Below are positions 9,376 through 16,990 of a stretch of DNA of 24,000 nucleotides, piece by piece. Numbering within the stretch: the first letter of the stretch is position 1; each line of letters starts with the position of its first letter. Both the position numbers and the translations under genes were made by a program. A model generated the notes under the pieces. That model did not search any database. It saw only the letters and a program-made list of their open reading frames with translations, and was not told the DNA's origin. The stretch comes from Peptacetobacter hominis. Its GTDB lineage: Bacteria; Bacillota; Clostridia; Peptostreptococcales; Peptostreptococcaceae. The stretch lies in assembly GCF_006861675.1 (NCBI RefSeq), contig NZ_SGJB01000009.1, forward strand, positions 1,777 through 25,776, read 5' to 3'.

Positions 9376-10240
9376 CGATCTCTATTCCCCTTTCAGAACT
9401 GCTGACAAGATATACCTGTCTGTATTTTCTTTTTAACTCATTTTCTGCTCTCAAAGCATCATTTTTATCTTCAAATATTCCAAAAACTGTAGGACCACTG
9501 CCACTCATCATTGCTCCAAGAGCATCATTACTATACATGACATTTTCTATTTCCTTTATTTCAGGATGCATTTTCTCAGTTACGAGTTCAAGAACATTGT
9601 ACATATTTTCCGCAACCGCTTTTATATCTTCCTGTTTAAGATATTCAATAAGCATTTCTGTATCCGGTCTTTTCTGTATCTCTTCAGAATCTATATGCTT
9701 ATACACTTCAGCTGTAGATACATATATATCCGGCTTACATACAAGAATATTTGTTCCTTCCGGAAGTCCCTTTATTTGTGTAAGTTTTTCTCCAAGATTT
9801 TCTGCAAGAGAACTTCCCCCAGATATACAGAACGGAACATCTGCCCCTATTTCAAAACCTATTTCCTTCATATCATTTTCTGAAAGATTAAGGTTCCACA
9901 CTATATTAAGAGCTTTTATTACTCCTGCTGCGTCTGTACTTCCTCCTGCCATACCGGCAGCTACAGGTATATTTTTTTCTATTTTTATATCAGCTCCATC
10001 ACTTACTTTATATCTTTGTTTAAGTTTTGAAGCCGCCTTGTATACTATATTTCCTTCATCAAGAGGTATTTCATCACTTTCACTGTATAGACAGATTTTA
10101 CCATCATTTCTTTTTTCAACATTTATTATATCGTATAAATCTATAGACTGCATTATCATTTCCACAAGATGATATCCGTTTTCCAGTCGTCCAAGAACAT
10201 CTATGGAAATATTTATTTTTGCTCTACACTTAACTTTCAT
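9368..10240 (-). CDS. ispE: 4-(cytidine 5'-diphospho)-2-C-methyl-D-erythritol kinase
   Basis: 290 aa. N-terminal KINISIDV and the GHMP-kinase motif PVAAGMAGGSTDAA. The ispE-veg neighbourhood is as in Bacillus and Clostridia. Confidence 0.92.
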   Translation of the reverse strand: MKVKCRAKINISIDVLGRLENGYHLVEMIMQSIDLYDIINVEKRNDGKICLYSESDEIPLDEGNIVYKAASKLKQRYKVSDGADIKIEKNIPVAAGMAGGSTDAAGVIKALNIVWNLNLSENDMKEIGFEIGADVPFCISGGSSLAENLGEKLTQIKGLPEGTNILVCKPDIYVSTAEVYKHIDSEEIQKRPDTEMLIEYLKQEDIKAVAENMYNVLELVTEKMHPEIKEIENVMYSNDALGAMMSGSGPTVFGIFEDKNDALRAENELKRKYRQVYLVSSSERGIEIDG

Positions 10241-10357
10241 CTATTTCACCGCCTGTTATGCCATTATAAGCCTTACAGATTATATTATACTACAAATAAA
10301 AAACAAGTTGTATATAATATACTGTATGTATATAAGTTATTTTGATGAATTCTCCTC

Positions 10358-10400
10358 AAAAAAATAAATATGCAGTACATAGAATTAATCTATATACTGC
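10358..10400 (-). terminator. rho-independent terminator downstream of veg
   Basis: The minus strand reads GCAGTATATAG-(7-nt loop)-CTATGTACTGC followed by ATATTTATTTTTTTGAGG. The stem is 11 bp with one mismatch (10372-10382 pairs with 10390-10400). Confidence 0.55.
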
Positions 10401-10431
10401 TCTTTATTTCCAAACTTATCTCTCAGTATGA

Positions 10432-10710
10432 TTAGCTTACCTTAAGGTTTTTATCCTCTGGTTCACTGTTTTTAAAAACCCGAAGCTTTACATTTGATGT
10501 AAGAAGATCTGAATAACTGTATGATATTCTTGAATCATCATTTCTTCCATCTTCAATTCTTACTACAAATACGCTTGGATATACTTTCTCAAGTACCCCT
10601 CTTTTAGTGACAATCTGCTTTCTCCCTTTATTAGCCTTTAGTAATATCCTCTTTCCTAAATGCTTTTCTAGACTTTCTCTTATTTTATCTAAAGTCTGGA
10701 CTGTTGCCAT
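10432..10710 (-). CDS. veg: Veg protein (small biofilm-stimulating protein family)
   Basis: 92 aa. The sequence LDKIRESLEKHLGKRILLKANKGRKQIVTKRGVLEKVYPSVFVV...SYSYSDLLT is characteristic of Veg. RBS is GGAAGGTG. Confidence 0.85.
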   Translation of the reverse strand: MATVQTLDKIRESLEKHLGKRILLKANKGRKQIVTKRGVLEKVYPSVFVVRIEDGRNDDSRISYSYSDLLTSNVKLRVFKNSEPEDKNLKVS

Positions 10711-10741
10711 TATATCACCTTCCCACTTTTCCTATGTTTAC

Positions 10742-10770
10742 ATAATAGCACAAATTTTCAGTCAAGTCAA
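10742..10770 (-). promoter_or_regulatory. veg proximal promoter (extended -10)
   Basis: The minus strand reads TTGACT (10770..10765), a 17-nt spacer ending in TGc, then TATTAT (10747..10742). It lies about 30 nt upstream of the veg ATG. Confidence 0.55.
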
Positions 10771-10783
10771 TGTATAACTATTT

Positions 10784-10812
10784 ATTTTATAAATTTTTTT
10801 GTATTTTGTCAA
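10784..10812 (-). promoter_or_regulatory. veg distal promoter candidate
   Basis: The minus strand reads TTGACA (10812..10807), a 17-nt spacer, then TAAAAT (10789..10784). Confidence 0.4.
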
Positions 10813-10900
10813 TATAATTTCATATATAATACAGTATTCCTTATATTTTATTATTTATATATATTTTTACTATTTTCGTTTTCATTTTAACAATTTTATT

Positions 10901-10929
10901 TTGTTAACAGATGAAATTTCATTTATAAT
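10901..10929 (+). promoter_or_regulatory. promoter candidate for the LysR gene, with an embedded 12-bp palindrome
   Basis: TTGTTA (10901-10906), a 17-nt spacer, then TATAAT (10924-10929). The spacer contains the perfect palindrome ATGAAATTTCAT (10911-10922). Confidence 0.45.
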
Positions 10930-10987
10930 AGTATATAGAGATATAATGTCTCTACATAAATTAAAATCTATATTTACGGTGATTAAA

Positions 10988-11848
10988 ATGAAAATAGAAA
11001 AACTTCATTATTTCGAAAGCGTTGCCAGAAATAAAAATTTCACAAAAGCAGCGAAGGAATGTCATATTGCCCAACCTGCAATAAGCCATCATATACACAG
11101 TCTTGAAGATGAACTCGGAACTCCACTTTTTATAAGAAACAGTAGAAATGTATCCCTTACTCCACGGGGAGAGGTTTTTTATGAAGAAGTGGTAAAAATT
11201 CTCAAAGCATATGAGGATGCTGTTATGAAAACAAAATTCAGCTCTATGTATTCCAAGGGAAAACTGTCTATAGGCATGTATGGTTTCAGTTCTTTAAACA
11301 TACTTGATGCCACAGTTTCTTCTCTTAAATCAAAATATCCTCATGCTGATATATCGTTCGACAGATGTCAGGATGTATGTTATGCGAACTATTTATTGGA
11401 AGGCAAATACGATGTTATTCTTGCCTACGTTTCTCCATCACTTACTCTTCCTGACGAAATTGCCTTCAAGGCTATCAGAAGCTGTCCTTTTGGAGTTATG
11501 ATTCCAAAGGAAAATCCACTTTCGACTAAAGTGAGTGTAAGTATGTCAGATATAGAAAACTCGGATTCAAATGTATATATACTGGACACACACACAGATT
11601 ATCTGGCAAGAACAAGCAATATAAAATCTTCAAGAATAAAATCAGAAGATGATATGGAGCTTTTACTTATTACAGGAAGCCTTAATAGAGGAATTGTTTT
11701 TACAACCAGACATGAAGCTCAGGAATTCAGAAATAGTACTATGGTTTTCAGAGAGTTATCCGATGAGGGAATTATGTCATCTCAGGGTATATACTATCTT
11801 AAAGATCATAACAACTGGGTTCTTACACGGCTTTTAGACTATTTATAA
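10988..11848 (+). CDS. LysR family transcriptional regulator
   Basis: The LTTR N-terminal HTH reads MKIEKLHYFESVARNKNFTKAAKECHIAQPAISHHIHSLEDELGTPLFIR, followed by a substrate-binding domain. The track ORF starts at 10799, but that extension is Ile/Tyr/Phe-rich AT-rich promoter DNA. The start at ATG 10988 gives 286 aa, a typical LTTR length. Confidence 0.85.
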   Translation: MKIEKLHYFESVARNKNFTKAAKECHIAQPAISHHIHSLEDELGTPLFIRNSRNVSLTPRGEVFYEEVVKILKAYEDAVMKTKFSSMYSKGKLSIGMYGFSSLNILDATVSSLKSKYPHADISFDRCQDVCYANYLLEGKYDVILAYVSPSLTLPDEIAFKAIRSCPFGVMIPKENPLSTKVSVSMSDIENSDSNVYILDTHTDYLARTSNIKSSRIKSEDDMELLLITGSLNRGIVFTTRHEAQEFRNSTMVFRELSDEGIMSSQGIYYLKDHNNWVLTRLLDYL

Positions 11849-11878
11849 GGGTGATAGATTATCTTTCACCCTTTTTTG
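11849..11878 (+). terminator. rho-independent terminator after the LysR gene
   Basis: GGGTGATAG-ATTAT-CTTTCACCC followed by TTTTTT. The stem is 9 bp with one mismatch and begins immediately after the TAA stop. Confidence 0.75.
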
Positions 11879-11887
11879 TATAAAGAA

Positions 11888-11909
11888 TTTGTCACTCGAT
11901 TTTGACAAA
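11888..11909. promoter_or_regulatory. operator-like dyad 1 upstream of the PTS operon
   Basis: TTTGTCA-N8-TGACAAA, with perfect 7-bp arms. Read as TTGTCACT-CGAT-TTTGACAA, it aligns at 7/8 plus 7/8 positions and with the same N4 spacing to the B. subtilis MtlR-type operator consensus as I recall it (TTGNCACA-N4-TGTGNCAA). Confidence 0.45.
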
Positions 11910-11927
11910 AGCTTTACTGATTTATAG

Positions 11928-11949
11928 TTTGTCATTCCCCCTATGACAT
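11928..11949. promoter_or_regulatory. operator-like dyad 2 upstream of the PTS operon
   Basis: TTTGTCAT-TCCCCCT-ATGACA (arms TGTCAT/ATGACA). The left half TTTGTCAYT repeats exactly 40 bp downstream of the left half of dyad 1. The site ends about 10 bp upstream of the predicted -35 position. Confidence 0.35.
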
Positions 11950-11957
11950 TATCGTAA

Positions 11958-11986
11958 TTTTTAAATTTCGAATATTTATATATAAT
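11958..11986 (+). promoter_or_regulatory. PTS operon promoter candidate (good -10, poor -35)
   Basis: TATAAT lies at 11981-11986. The hexamer 17 nt upstream (11958-11963, TTTTTA) is a poor -35, as expected for an activator-dependent promoter. RBS AAAGGAG (11997-12003) precedes ATG 12013. Confidence 0.35.
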
Positions 11987-12012
11987 GAATTTAACGAAAG
12001 GAGATATGATTT

Positions 12013-12456
12013 ATGAATTTAGTTACAAAAGAAAACGTTAATTTTAACCTGAATACAACTACTAAGGAAGAAACATTAAAAGAACTTGCTTCTATGGCAT
12101 TTAAACTTGGAAAAGTTTCTGATTCAGATACATTTTTCAAGGCTCTATGTGAAAGAGAAACCGAAAGTACTACTGGATTTGGAAATGGAATAGCGATACC
12201 ACATGCAAGACATGCGTGTGTCAAAGAAGCTGGTATACTTTTTGTAAGATGTTCAAATGATATTGAATGGGAATCACTTGATGGAGATCCTGTAAATGTC
12301 TGTGTGTGTCTTATAGCTCCAGATGATCAGAATGATTTTCATCTTAAAACACTTTCAAAATTTGCAAGAAAACTTATGCATGAAGATTTTGTAGATGTCC
12401 TTAAAAATGCTTCAGAAGAGGATGTTCTTAAATCAATAAATGAAGTGATAGCTTAA
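12013..12456 (+). CDS. PTS EIIA component, fructose/mannitol (EIIA-2) family
   Basis: 147 aa. The phosphorylation-site motif is TGFGNGIAIPHARH. Size and layout are typical of a stand-alone EIIA-Fru/Mtl. Confidence 0.9.
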   Translation: MNLVTKENVNFNLNTTTKEETLKELASMAFKLGKVSDSDTFFKALCERETESTTGFGNGIAIPHARHACVKEAGILFVRCSNDIEWESLDGDPVNVCVCLIAPDDQNDFHLKTLSKFARKLMHEDFVDVLKNASEEDVLKSINEVIA

Positions 12457-12491
12457 TAATTTTTAAATTTCATAAGGGGGTAATTTTTCAA

Positions 12492-13961
12492 ATGAAGAAT
12501 CTTAAAATAGTAGCTATAACAAACTGCCCTGCAGGTATAGCTCATACCTATATGGTTGCTGAAGCTTTTGAAAAAAAAGCCAGAGAACTTGGTCATGAGA
12601 TACATGTTGAAACACAGGGTGCAAGTGGTGTAGAAAACAGACTTACAGATCAGCAGATTGCTGAAGCTGATTACGTTATACTTGCAGTCGGAAAGGGTCT
12701 TTCAGATTCAGACAAAGCAAGATTTGCAGGTAAAAAAGTAATAGATATGAAAGTCAGTGATGCTCTTAAAGAAGTAAAAACTATTTTCGATCATCTTGAA
12801 GAGAGAGCTGTCGTATATGACAGTGTTGATAATAGCAATAATAATTCCAATACTAATAATACTAAAATAAAACTAGGAAGCCAGAAAGCTGCTCGGGGAA
12901 GTATAATGTCTCACCTTATGGCTGGTATATCAGCTGCACTTCCTTTTGTTATCGGTGGTGGTGTACTTGTAGCACTTGCAAACGTACTTATGAGACTTGG
13001 TATGCCTTATACAAGCTTTGAAGATGGCGGTGCTTCTTTTGCATGGATAATGGAGCAGATTGGTTACCTTGGCTTTACATTCATGATACCTGTTATGGGT
13101 GGATACATAGCTTATAGTATAGCTGATAAACCGGGTCTTGCTCCTGCATTCATTATAACTTATTTTGCAAATAACAAAGATATGCTTGGAACTGAATCTG
13201 GATGTGGATTCCTTGGAGCAATATTCTTCGGTTTAACAATAGGTTATTTTGTAAAATGGATAAAATCATATAACTATCCACAGACTGTAAAATCACTTAT
13301 GAACCTTGTTATAATACCATTTGTTACAATATTTATATTTGGTGCGTTCACATTCTATCTTGTAGGACCATTCCTTGCCGGACTTATGGGAGGAATGCTT
13401 GAGTTCCTTAACAGTGTACCACCTCAGTATAAATATCCTCTAGCATTCCTTATAGGTGCAATGCTTGCATTTGATATGGGTGGACCAATAAATAAAATTG
13501 CCTGGTTCTTCTGCTTCTCTCTTGTTGCAGAGAAAATATTTACTTGGTATGCGATAGTCGGTGTTGTTGCATCTGTTCCACCTGTTGCTGCAGGTATAGC
13601 TGCTCTTCTTAGACCTAAAATGTTCTCTGAAGAGGAACACGATATGGCACTTTCCGCTATTATTGTTGGTGGTACAGTAGCCACAGAACCTGCAATACCA
13701 TTTGCAATGGCTGATCCAATCCCAATGATATCAGCAAATACTATAGCTGGTGGAATAACAGGTGTTCTTACTATAATGCTTGGCATAGAACGTATGGCTC
13801 CAGGACTTGGAGTATTTGACCCTCTTCTTGGTCTTATGACTCCTGGATGGGCATTCTATCTTGCATTTGCATTCGGTGTAGCACTTAATGTAATTCTTAT
13901 ACTTGTATTTAAACAGATGATGATGAAACATCGTGCTAAAAAAGCTGCTCTTGCAAAGTAA
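12492..13961 (+). CDS. PTS EIIBC component, fructose family
   Basis: 489 aa. The N-terminal EIIB-Fru domain has the active-site Cys motif ITNCPAGIAHTYMVAEA. An Asn-rich linker follows, then a polytopic EIIC with the fructose-family DMGGPINKIAW motif. Confidence 0.92.
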   Translation: MKNLKIVAITNCPAGIAHTYMVAEAFEKKARELGHEIHVETQGASGVENRLTDQQIAEADYVILAVGKGLSDSDKARFAGKKVIDMKVSDALKEVKTIFDHLEERAVVYDSVDNSNNNSNTNNTKIKLGSQKAARGSIMSHLMAGISAALPFVIGGGVLVALANVLMRLGMPYTSFEDGGASFAWIMEQIGYLGFTFMIPVMGGYIAYSIADKPGLAPAFIITYFANNKDMLGTESGCGFLGAIFFGLTIGYFVKWIKSYNYPQTVKSLMNLVIIPFVTIFIFGAFTFYLVGPFLAGLMGGMLEFLNSVPPQYKYPLAFLIGAMLAFDMGGPINKIAWFFCFSLVAEKIFTWYAIVGVVASVPPVAAGIAALLRPKMFSEEEHDMALSAIIVGGTVATEPAIPFAMADPIPMISANTIAGGITGVLTIMLGIERMAPGLGVFDPLLGLMTPGWAFYLAFAFGVALNVILILVFKQMMMKHRAKKAALAK

Positions 13962-13982
13962 AAAACATTTTTGAATAACTAT

Positions 13983-14023
13983 ACAAGTGTATCAATACGA
14001 TACACTTGTTTCTTTATTCTTTT
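13983..14023 (+). terminator. strong rho-independent terminator between EIIBC and the C-S lyase gene
   Basis: ACAAGTGTATC-AATAC-GATACACTTGT, a perfect 11-bp stem (13983-13993 pairs with 13999-14009), followed by TTCTTTATTCTTTT. Confidence 0.8.
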
Positions 14024-14056
14024 ATAATCAATCTGTAATATGTGAGGTTTTTATTT

Positions 14057-15244
14057 ATGAAACATGATTTCGATAAAATAATAGATAGAAAAGGAACTTT
14101 TTGTACTCAATGGGATTATATACAAGACAGATTCGGAGTTAGCGATCTTCTTCCATTTTCCATATCTGATACCGATTTTAGAGCACCCAAAGAAATTATT
14201 GATGATCTTCAAAAGGTTCTCGAGCACGGAATTTTCGGGTATACAAGATGGAATCATCACGAATTCAAAAGTAAAATAAAGAAACACTATGAAAAATCTT
14301 TTAGCACTGGCATAGATGAAAACCGGGTATTGTATAGTCCAAGTGTAATGTATAGTGTATCTGTACTTATTCGTATGTTAAGCAAAGAAGATGATTTAAT
14401 ATCAGTCTTCGATCCTATGTATGATGCATTTATAAATGTAATTAAAAAAAATAATAGAATAATAAATCCTATTCCTCTTGATTTTGATAATGATTATAAA
14501 ATTGATTTTGATTATTTTGAAAAAAGTATTTCAAAAAGCAAAATACTACTTCTGTGTTCTCCACACAATCCAACCGGTAAAGTTTTTAGTAAAGAGGAGC
14601 TTGATAAAATAGTACTTCTATGTAAAAAATATAATGTTTTTATTATAAGCGATGAGATACACAGTGATATTGTACTTTGGGAAAATAGACATATTCCTAT
14701 TCTAAAATACTACAACATATATAAAAATATTATTCTTGTAAACTCCGCTTCAAAGACATTTAATATCCCTGCACTGGGAGGCTCTTATTTACTGGTTCCA
14801 TCTTCGGATATTAGAGAAGACTTTCTTATTCAGACAAGACAAAAGGATTTTGTAAATTCAGCGGCAATAATGGGTATGATTGCTACTATGAGTGCCTATG
14901 AAAAATGTGATTACTATATAGATGAACTTGTTTCTTATACAGAATCTAATATGATTCTTCTAAAAGAATTCTTTGAAACAGAATTTCCTTCTATTTCATT
15001 CAAAATGCCGCAATCTACTTATCTGGCATGGATAGATATGAGAAAAACAGGATTATCATCTGAAGAAATACAGAAACTTCTTGTTATTGATGGTAAAATA
15101 GGAATAATGTCAGGTGACGTGTATGGAGAAAACGGAACTGGATTCCTGAGAATGAATCTTGGGTGCCCAAGGAAAAAGTTACTTGATGGTATAGAAAAAA
15201 TAAAATATGCCTTTAGAAATATAGAGGGTGATAAAGATGCTTAA
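14057..15244 (+). CDS. PLP-dependent C-S lyase / aminotransferase class I/II, MalY/PatB family (cystathionine beta-lyase-like)
   Basis: The N-terminus MKHDFDKIIDRKGTFCTQWD is typical of MalY/PatB. It also has CSPHNPTGKVF, SDEIHSDIV and the PLP-lysine motif NSASKTFNIPALGG. I prefer ATG 14057 (RBS GTGAGG at 14042-14047) over the track start at 14042. Confidence 0.85.
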   Translation: MKHDFDKIIDRKGTFCTQWDYIQDRFGVSDLLPFSISDTDFRAPKEIIDDLQKVLEHGIFGYTRWNHHEFKSKIKKHYEKSFSTGIDENRVLYSPSVMYSVSVLIRMLSKEDDLISVFDPMYDAFINVIKKNNRIINPIPLDFDNDYKIDFDYFEKSISKSKILLLCSPHNPTGKVFSKEELDKIVLLCKKYNVFIISDEIHSDIVLWENRHIPILKYYNIYKNIILVNSASKTFNIPALGGSYLLVPSSDIREDFLIQTRQKDFVNSAAIMGMIATMSAYEKCDYYIDELVSYTESNMILLKEFFETEFPSISFKMPQSTYLAWIDMRKTGLSSEEIQKLLVIDGKIGIMSGDVYGENGTGFLRMNLGCPRKKLLDGIEKIKYAFRNIEGDKDA

Positions 15245-16976
15245 TGATAGACAATTGTCAATAATAGATCTTCTTTCAAAATCAGAAGTTCCTATATCTT
15301 CTGAAAATATTGCTGGAGTTGTTATGAAATCCAAAAGAACTATAATGAGGGATTTATCAACTATAAAGGAATTTCTCGAAAGCAATGATATAGGTCAGCT
15401 TATTGTGAATGTAAAAGGATCTGGATATAAAATAATAATAAATGATCGAAAAGCTTATAACAGTTTTATGGAAAAAATTATAAATGATGAGGAAGTAATT
15501 ATTTTTGAACTTATAAATAATGATTATCTTACTATAGAAAAATTATCCGATATTCTGTATTTATCAAGAATAAGTGTTTCAGAAAAATTAAACCTTATAA
15601 AAGAGAAATATTCTTCTTTTATGAATATAGAGGTTTCAAATAAAGGTCACCATCTAAATGAATCAACAGAGAAAAAATGTTTTTTATTAAGTTCCCTTAT
15701 AAGCGGAAATACAGGGTATTACTTGGATAAAATGAACATAACTTCTGCTGAATATGAAAAGTTATGCAATTGTATAGAACATAGTCCTGAGATAAAAGAG
15801 TATTTCCCAAACGTTATATCCTCAGATATAGCTGATTTGTTTATTTCATCTGTTGTATTTAAAGGGCAAAAGAATAAGGATACCAACACTGATTTTGAGC
15901 ATATTTTTGAATATTGTGATATAGATTTCACTCCTGAAAATATAGCTACATTATCTTCAATATCGGACTATTGTATATCTGTAAATCTGAATCTTAATAT
16001 ATCTCAAATAGAAAATGTACTTTCTCTTATCGAAGCTGAAAATTCAATACGATTTGATAATCCAAAACTTGCTTCTCAGCTTTATCATCATCTTAAGAGA
16101 ATTTTATGCTATCCAGCATATCTGAAAAATTACGAAGTTTATAATATATCTAATATCAAAGCACTTTATCCTTTTTCATTTGATCTTAGTATAATATTTA
16201 TAAATTATATGGAAAAATTATATGGATATCAGATTCCAAACAGAGATTTAATCGGGCTTTATTTTACTGTTGGTATGGAGGATATGAGAAATCACAAACA
16301 CAACATACTTATATACTCAAATATAAATTCTATTGCCAATATAAATAAGCAATTAATAGAATCCAGTGTTTCTAACTGTAATGTTGAGATAACAGATAGA
16401 CTTGATTTAGATAGCATTAAATCATTTTCGATAATACTCAATGGTACATCAAAAGATATACATACAGATATACCGGTTTTTTCTGCACCGTATATTTTAA
16501 GCGAAAATGAAATTTCAAATATAAAAGAAAAACTTGAAAATATAAGTATAAATAGAAATATACAGTCTATATTTCCAAAGGAGTACAGCTTTACATATTC
16601 TGTTAAGCCTTCTCAGACATATAGAGATATCCTTTCAGATATATGTAGAAAGCTCTGTGACTGTAACGCTATAAATGCAGATGAGGCTTCACGTATACTT
16701 GAAAGAGAAGCTTCCGGTAATTCTCTGGTAATAAACAATTTTTCAATTCCTCACTGTATAAGTAAAAAAGAAAATTTTTGTATGTGTATATATATACATC
16801 TTGATAAAAATGTCACTGTAGAGGGCAACAATATTTCAGATATACTTATCACCATGATGAGTGCAAGTATGACTAAAAATATAAATATTTTTAAATACAT
16901 ATATAGATATCTAAATGAAAATAAAGAAAAACTTTTGGATATCTCTTCTTATGATGAATTTATAAAATATATATAG
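15237..16976 (+). CDS. PTS-regulated transcriptional regulator (HTH + PRD + EIIB-like + EIIA-2-like; MtlR/LicR/FrvR-type)
   Basis: Domains in order are an N-terminal DeoR/HTH_11-type wHTH (RQLSIIDLLSKSEVPISSENIAGVVMKSKRTIMRDL), a second Mga-like HTH, a PRD-like segment (ASQLYHHLKRIL...IKALYPFSF...LIGLYFTVGM), an EIIB-like segment (HNILIYSNINSIAN) and a C-terminal EIIA-2-like domain (NNFSIPHCISKK). ATG 15237 overlaps the lyase stop by 8 nt, with RBS GAGGGTG just upstream. Confidence 0.8.
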   Translation: MLNDRQLSIIDLLSKSEVPISSENIAGVVMKSKRTIMRDLSTIKEFLESNDIGQLIVNVKGSGYKIIINDRKAYNSFMEKIINDEEVIIFELINNDYLTIEKLSDILYLSRISVSEKLNLIKEKYSSFMNIEVSNKGHHLNESTEKKCFLLSSLISGNTGYYLDKMNITSAEYEKLCNCIEHSPEIKEYFPNVISSDIADLFISSVVFKGQKNKDTNTDFEHIFEYCDIDFTPENIATLSSISDYCISVNLNLNISQIENVLSLIEAENSIRFDNPKLASQLYHHLKRILCYPAYLKNYEVYNISNIKALYPFSFDLSIIFINYMEKLYGYQIPNRDLIGLYFTVGMEDMRNHKHNILIYSNINSIANINKQLIESSVSNCNVEITDRLDLDSIKSFSIILNGTSKDIHTDIPVFSAPYILSENEISNIKEKLENISINRNIQSIFPKEYSFTYSVKPSQTYRDILSDICRKLCDCNAINADEASRILEREASGNSLVINNFSIPHCISKKENFCMCIYIHLDKNVTVEGNNISDILITMMSASMTKNINIFKYIYRYLNENKEKLLDISSYDEFIKYI

Positions 16977-16990
16977 AAAGGTAATAAAAA

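Noticed and set aside
9537-10172. A 211-aa plus-strand ORF. Similar antisense ORFs occur at 3356-3820, 4832-5335, 7517-7864, 8192-8500 and 20081-20488 on plus, and at 13424-13786 on minus.
   Set aside because: All lie antisense to genes with clear catalytic motifs. Their translations are Ser/Phe/Ile/Pro-rich and low-complexity, they have no RBS and they show no recognisable domain. They are typical shadow ORFs of AT-rich genomes.
10799-10987. A 63-codon N-terminal extension of the LysR ORF in the ORF track.
   Set aside because: It is translated from AT-rich promoter DNA (MYFVNIISYIIQYSLYFIIYIYFYY...). The LTTR HTH begins exactly at the internal ATG 10988, which gives a canonical protein length.
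11961-11980. TAAATTTCGAATATTTA in the PTS promoter, considered as a CcpA cre site.
   Set aside because: Aligned on the central CG, only a minority of the cre consensus positions (TGWNANCGNTNWCA) match. The flanking TG and CA are absent.
11991-12224. A 77-aa minus-strand ORF overlapping the PTS promoter and the start of EIIA.
   Set aside because: It is antisense to a well-supported EIIA gene, and it has no RBS and no recognisable features.
12828-12863. An AAT/AAC-rich repetitive stretch that could be read as a microsatellite or repeat.
   Set aside because: It is in frame and encodes the Asn-rich flexible linker (DNSNNNSNTNNT) between the EIIB and EIIC domains. This is a common feature of multidomain PTS permeases.
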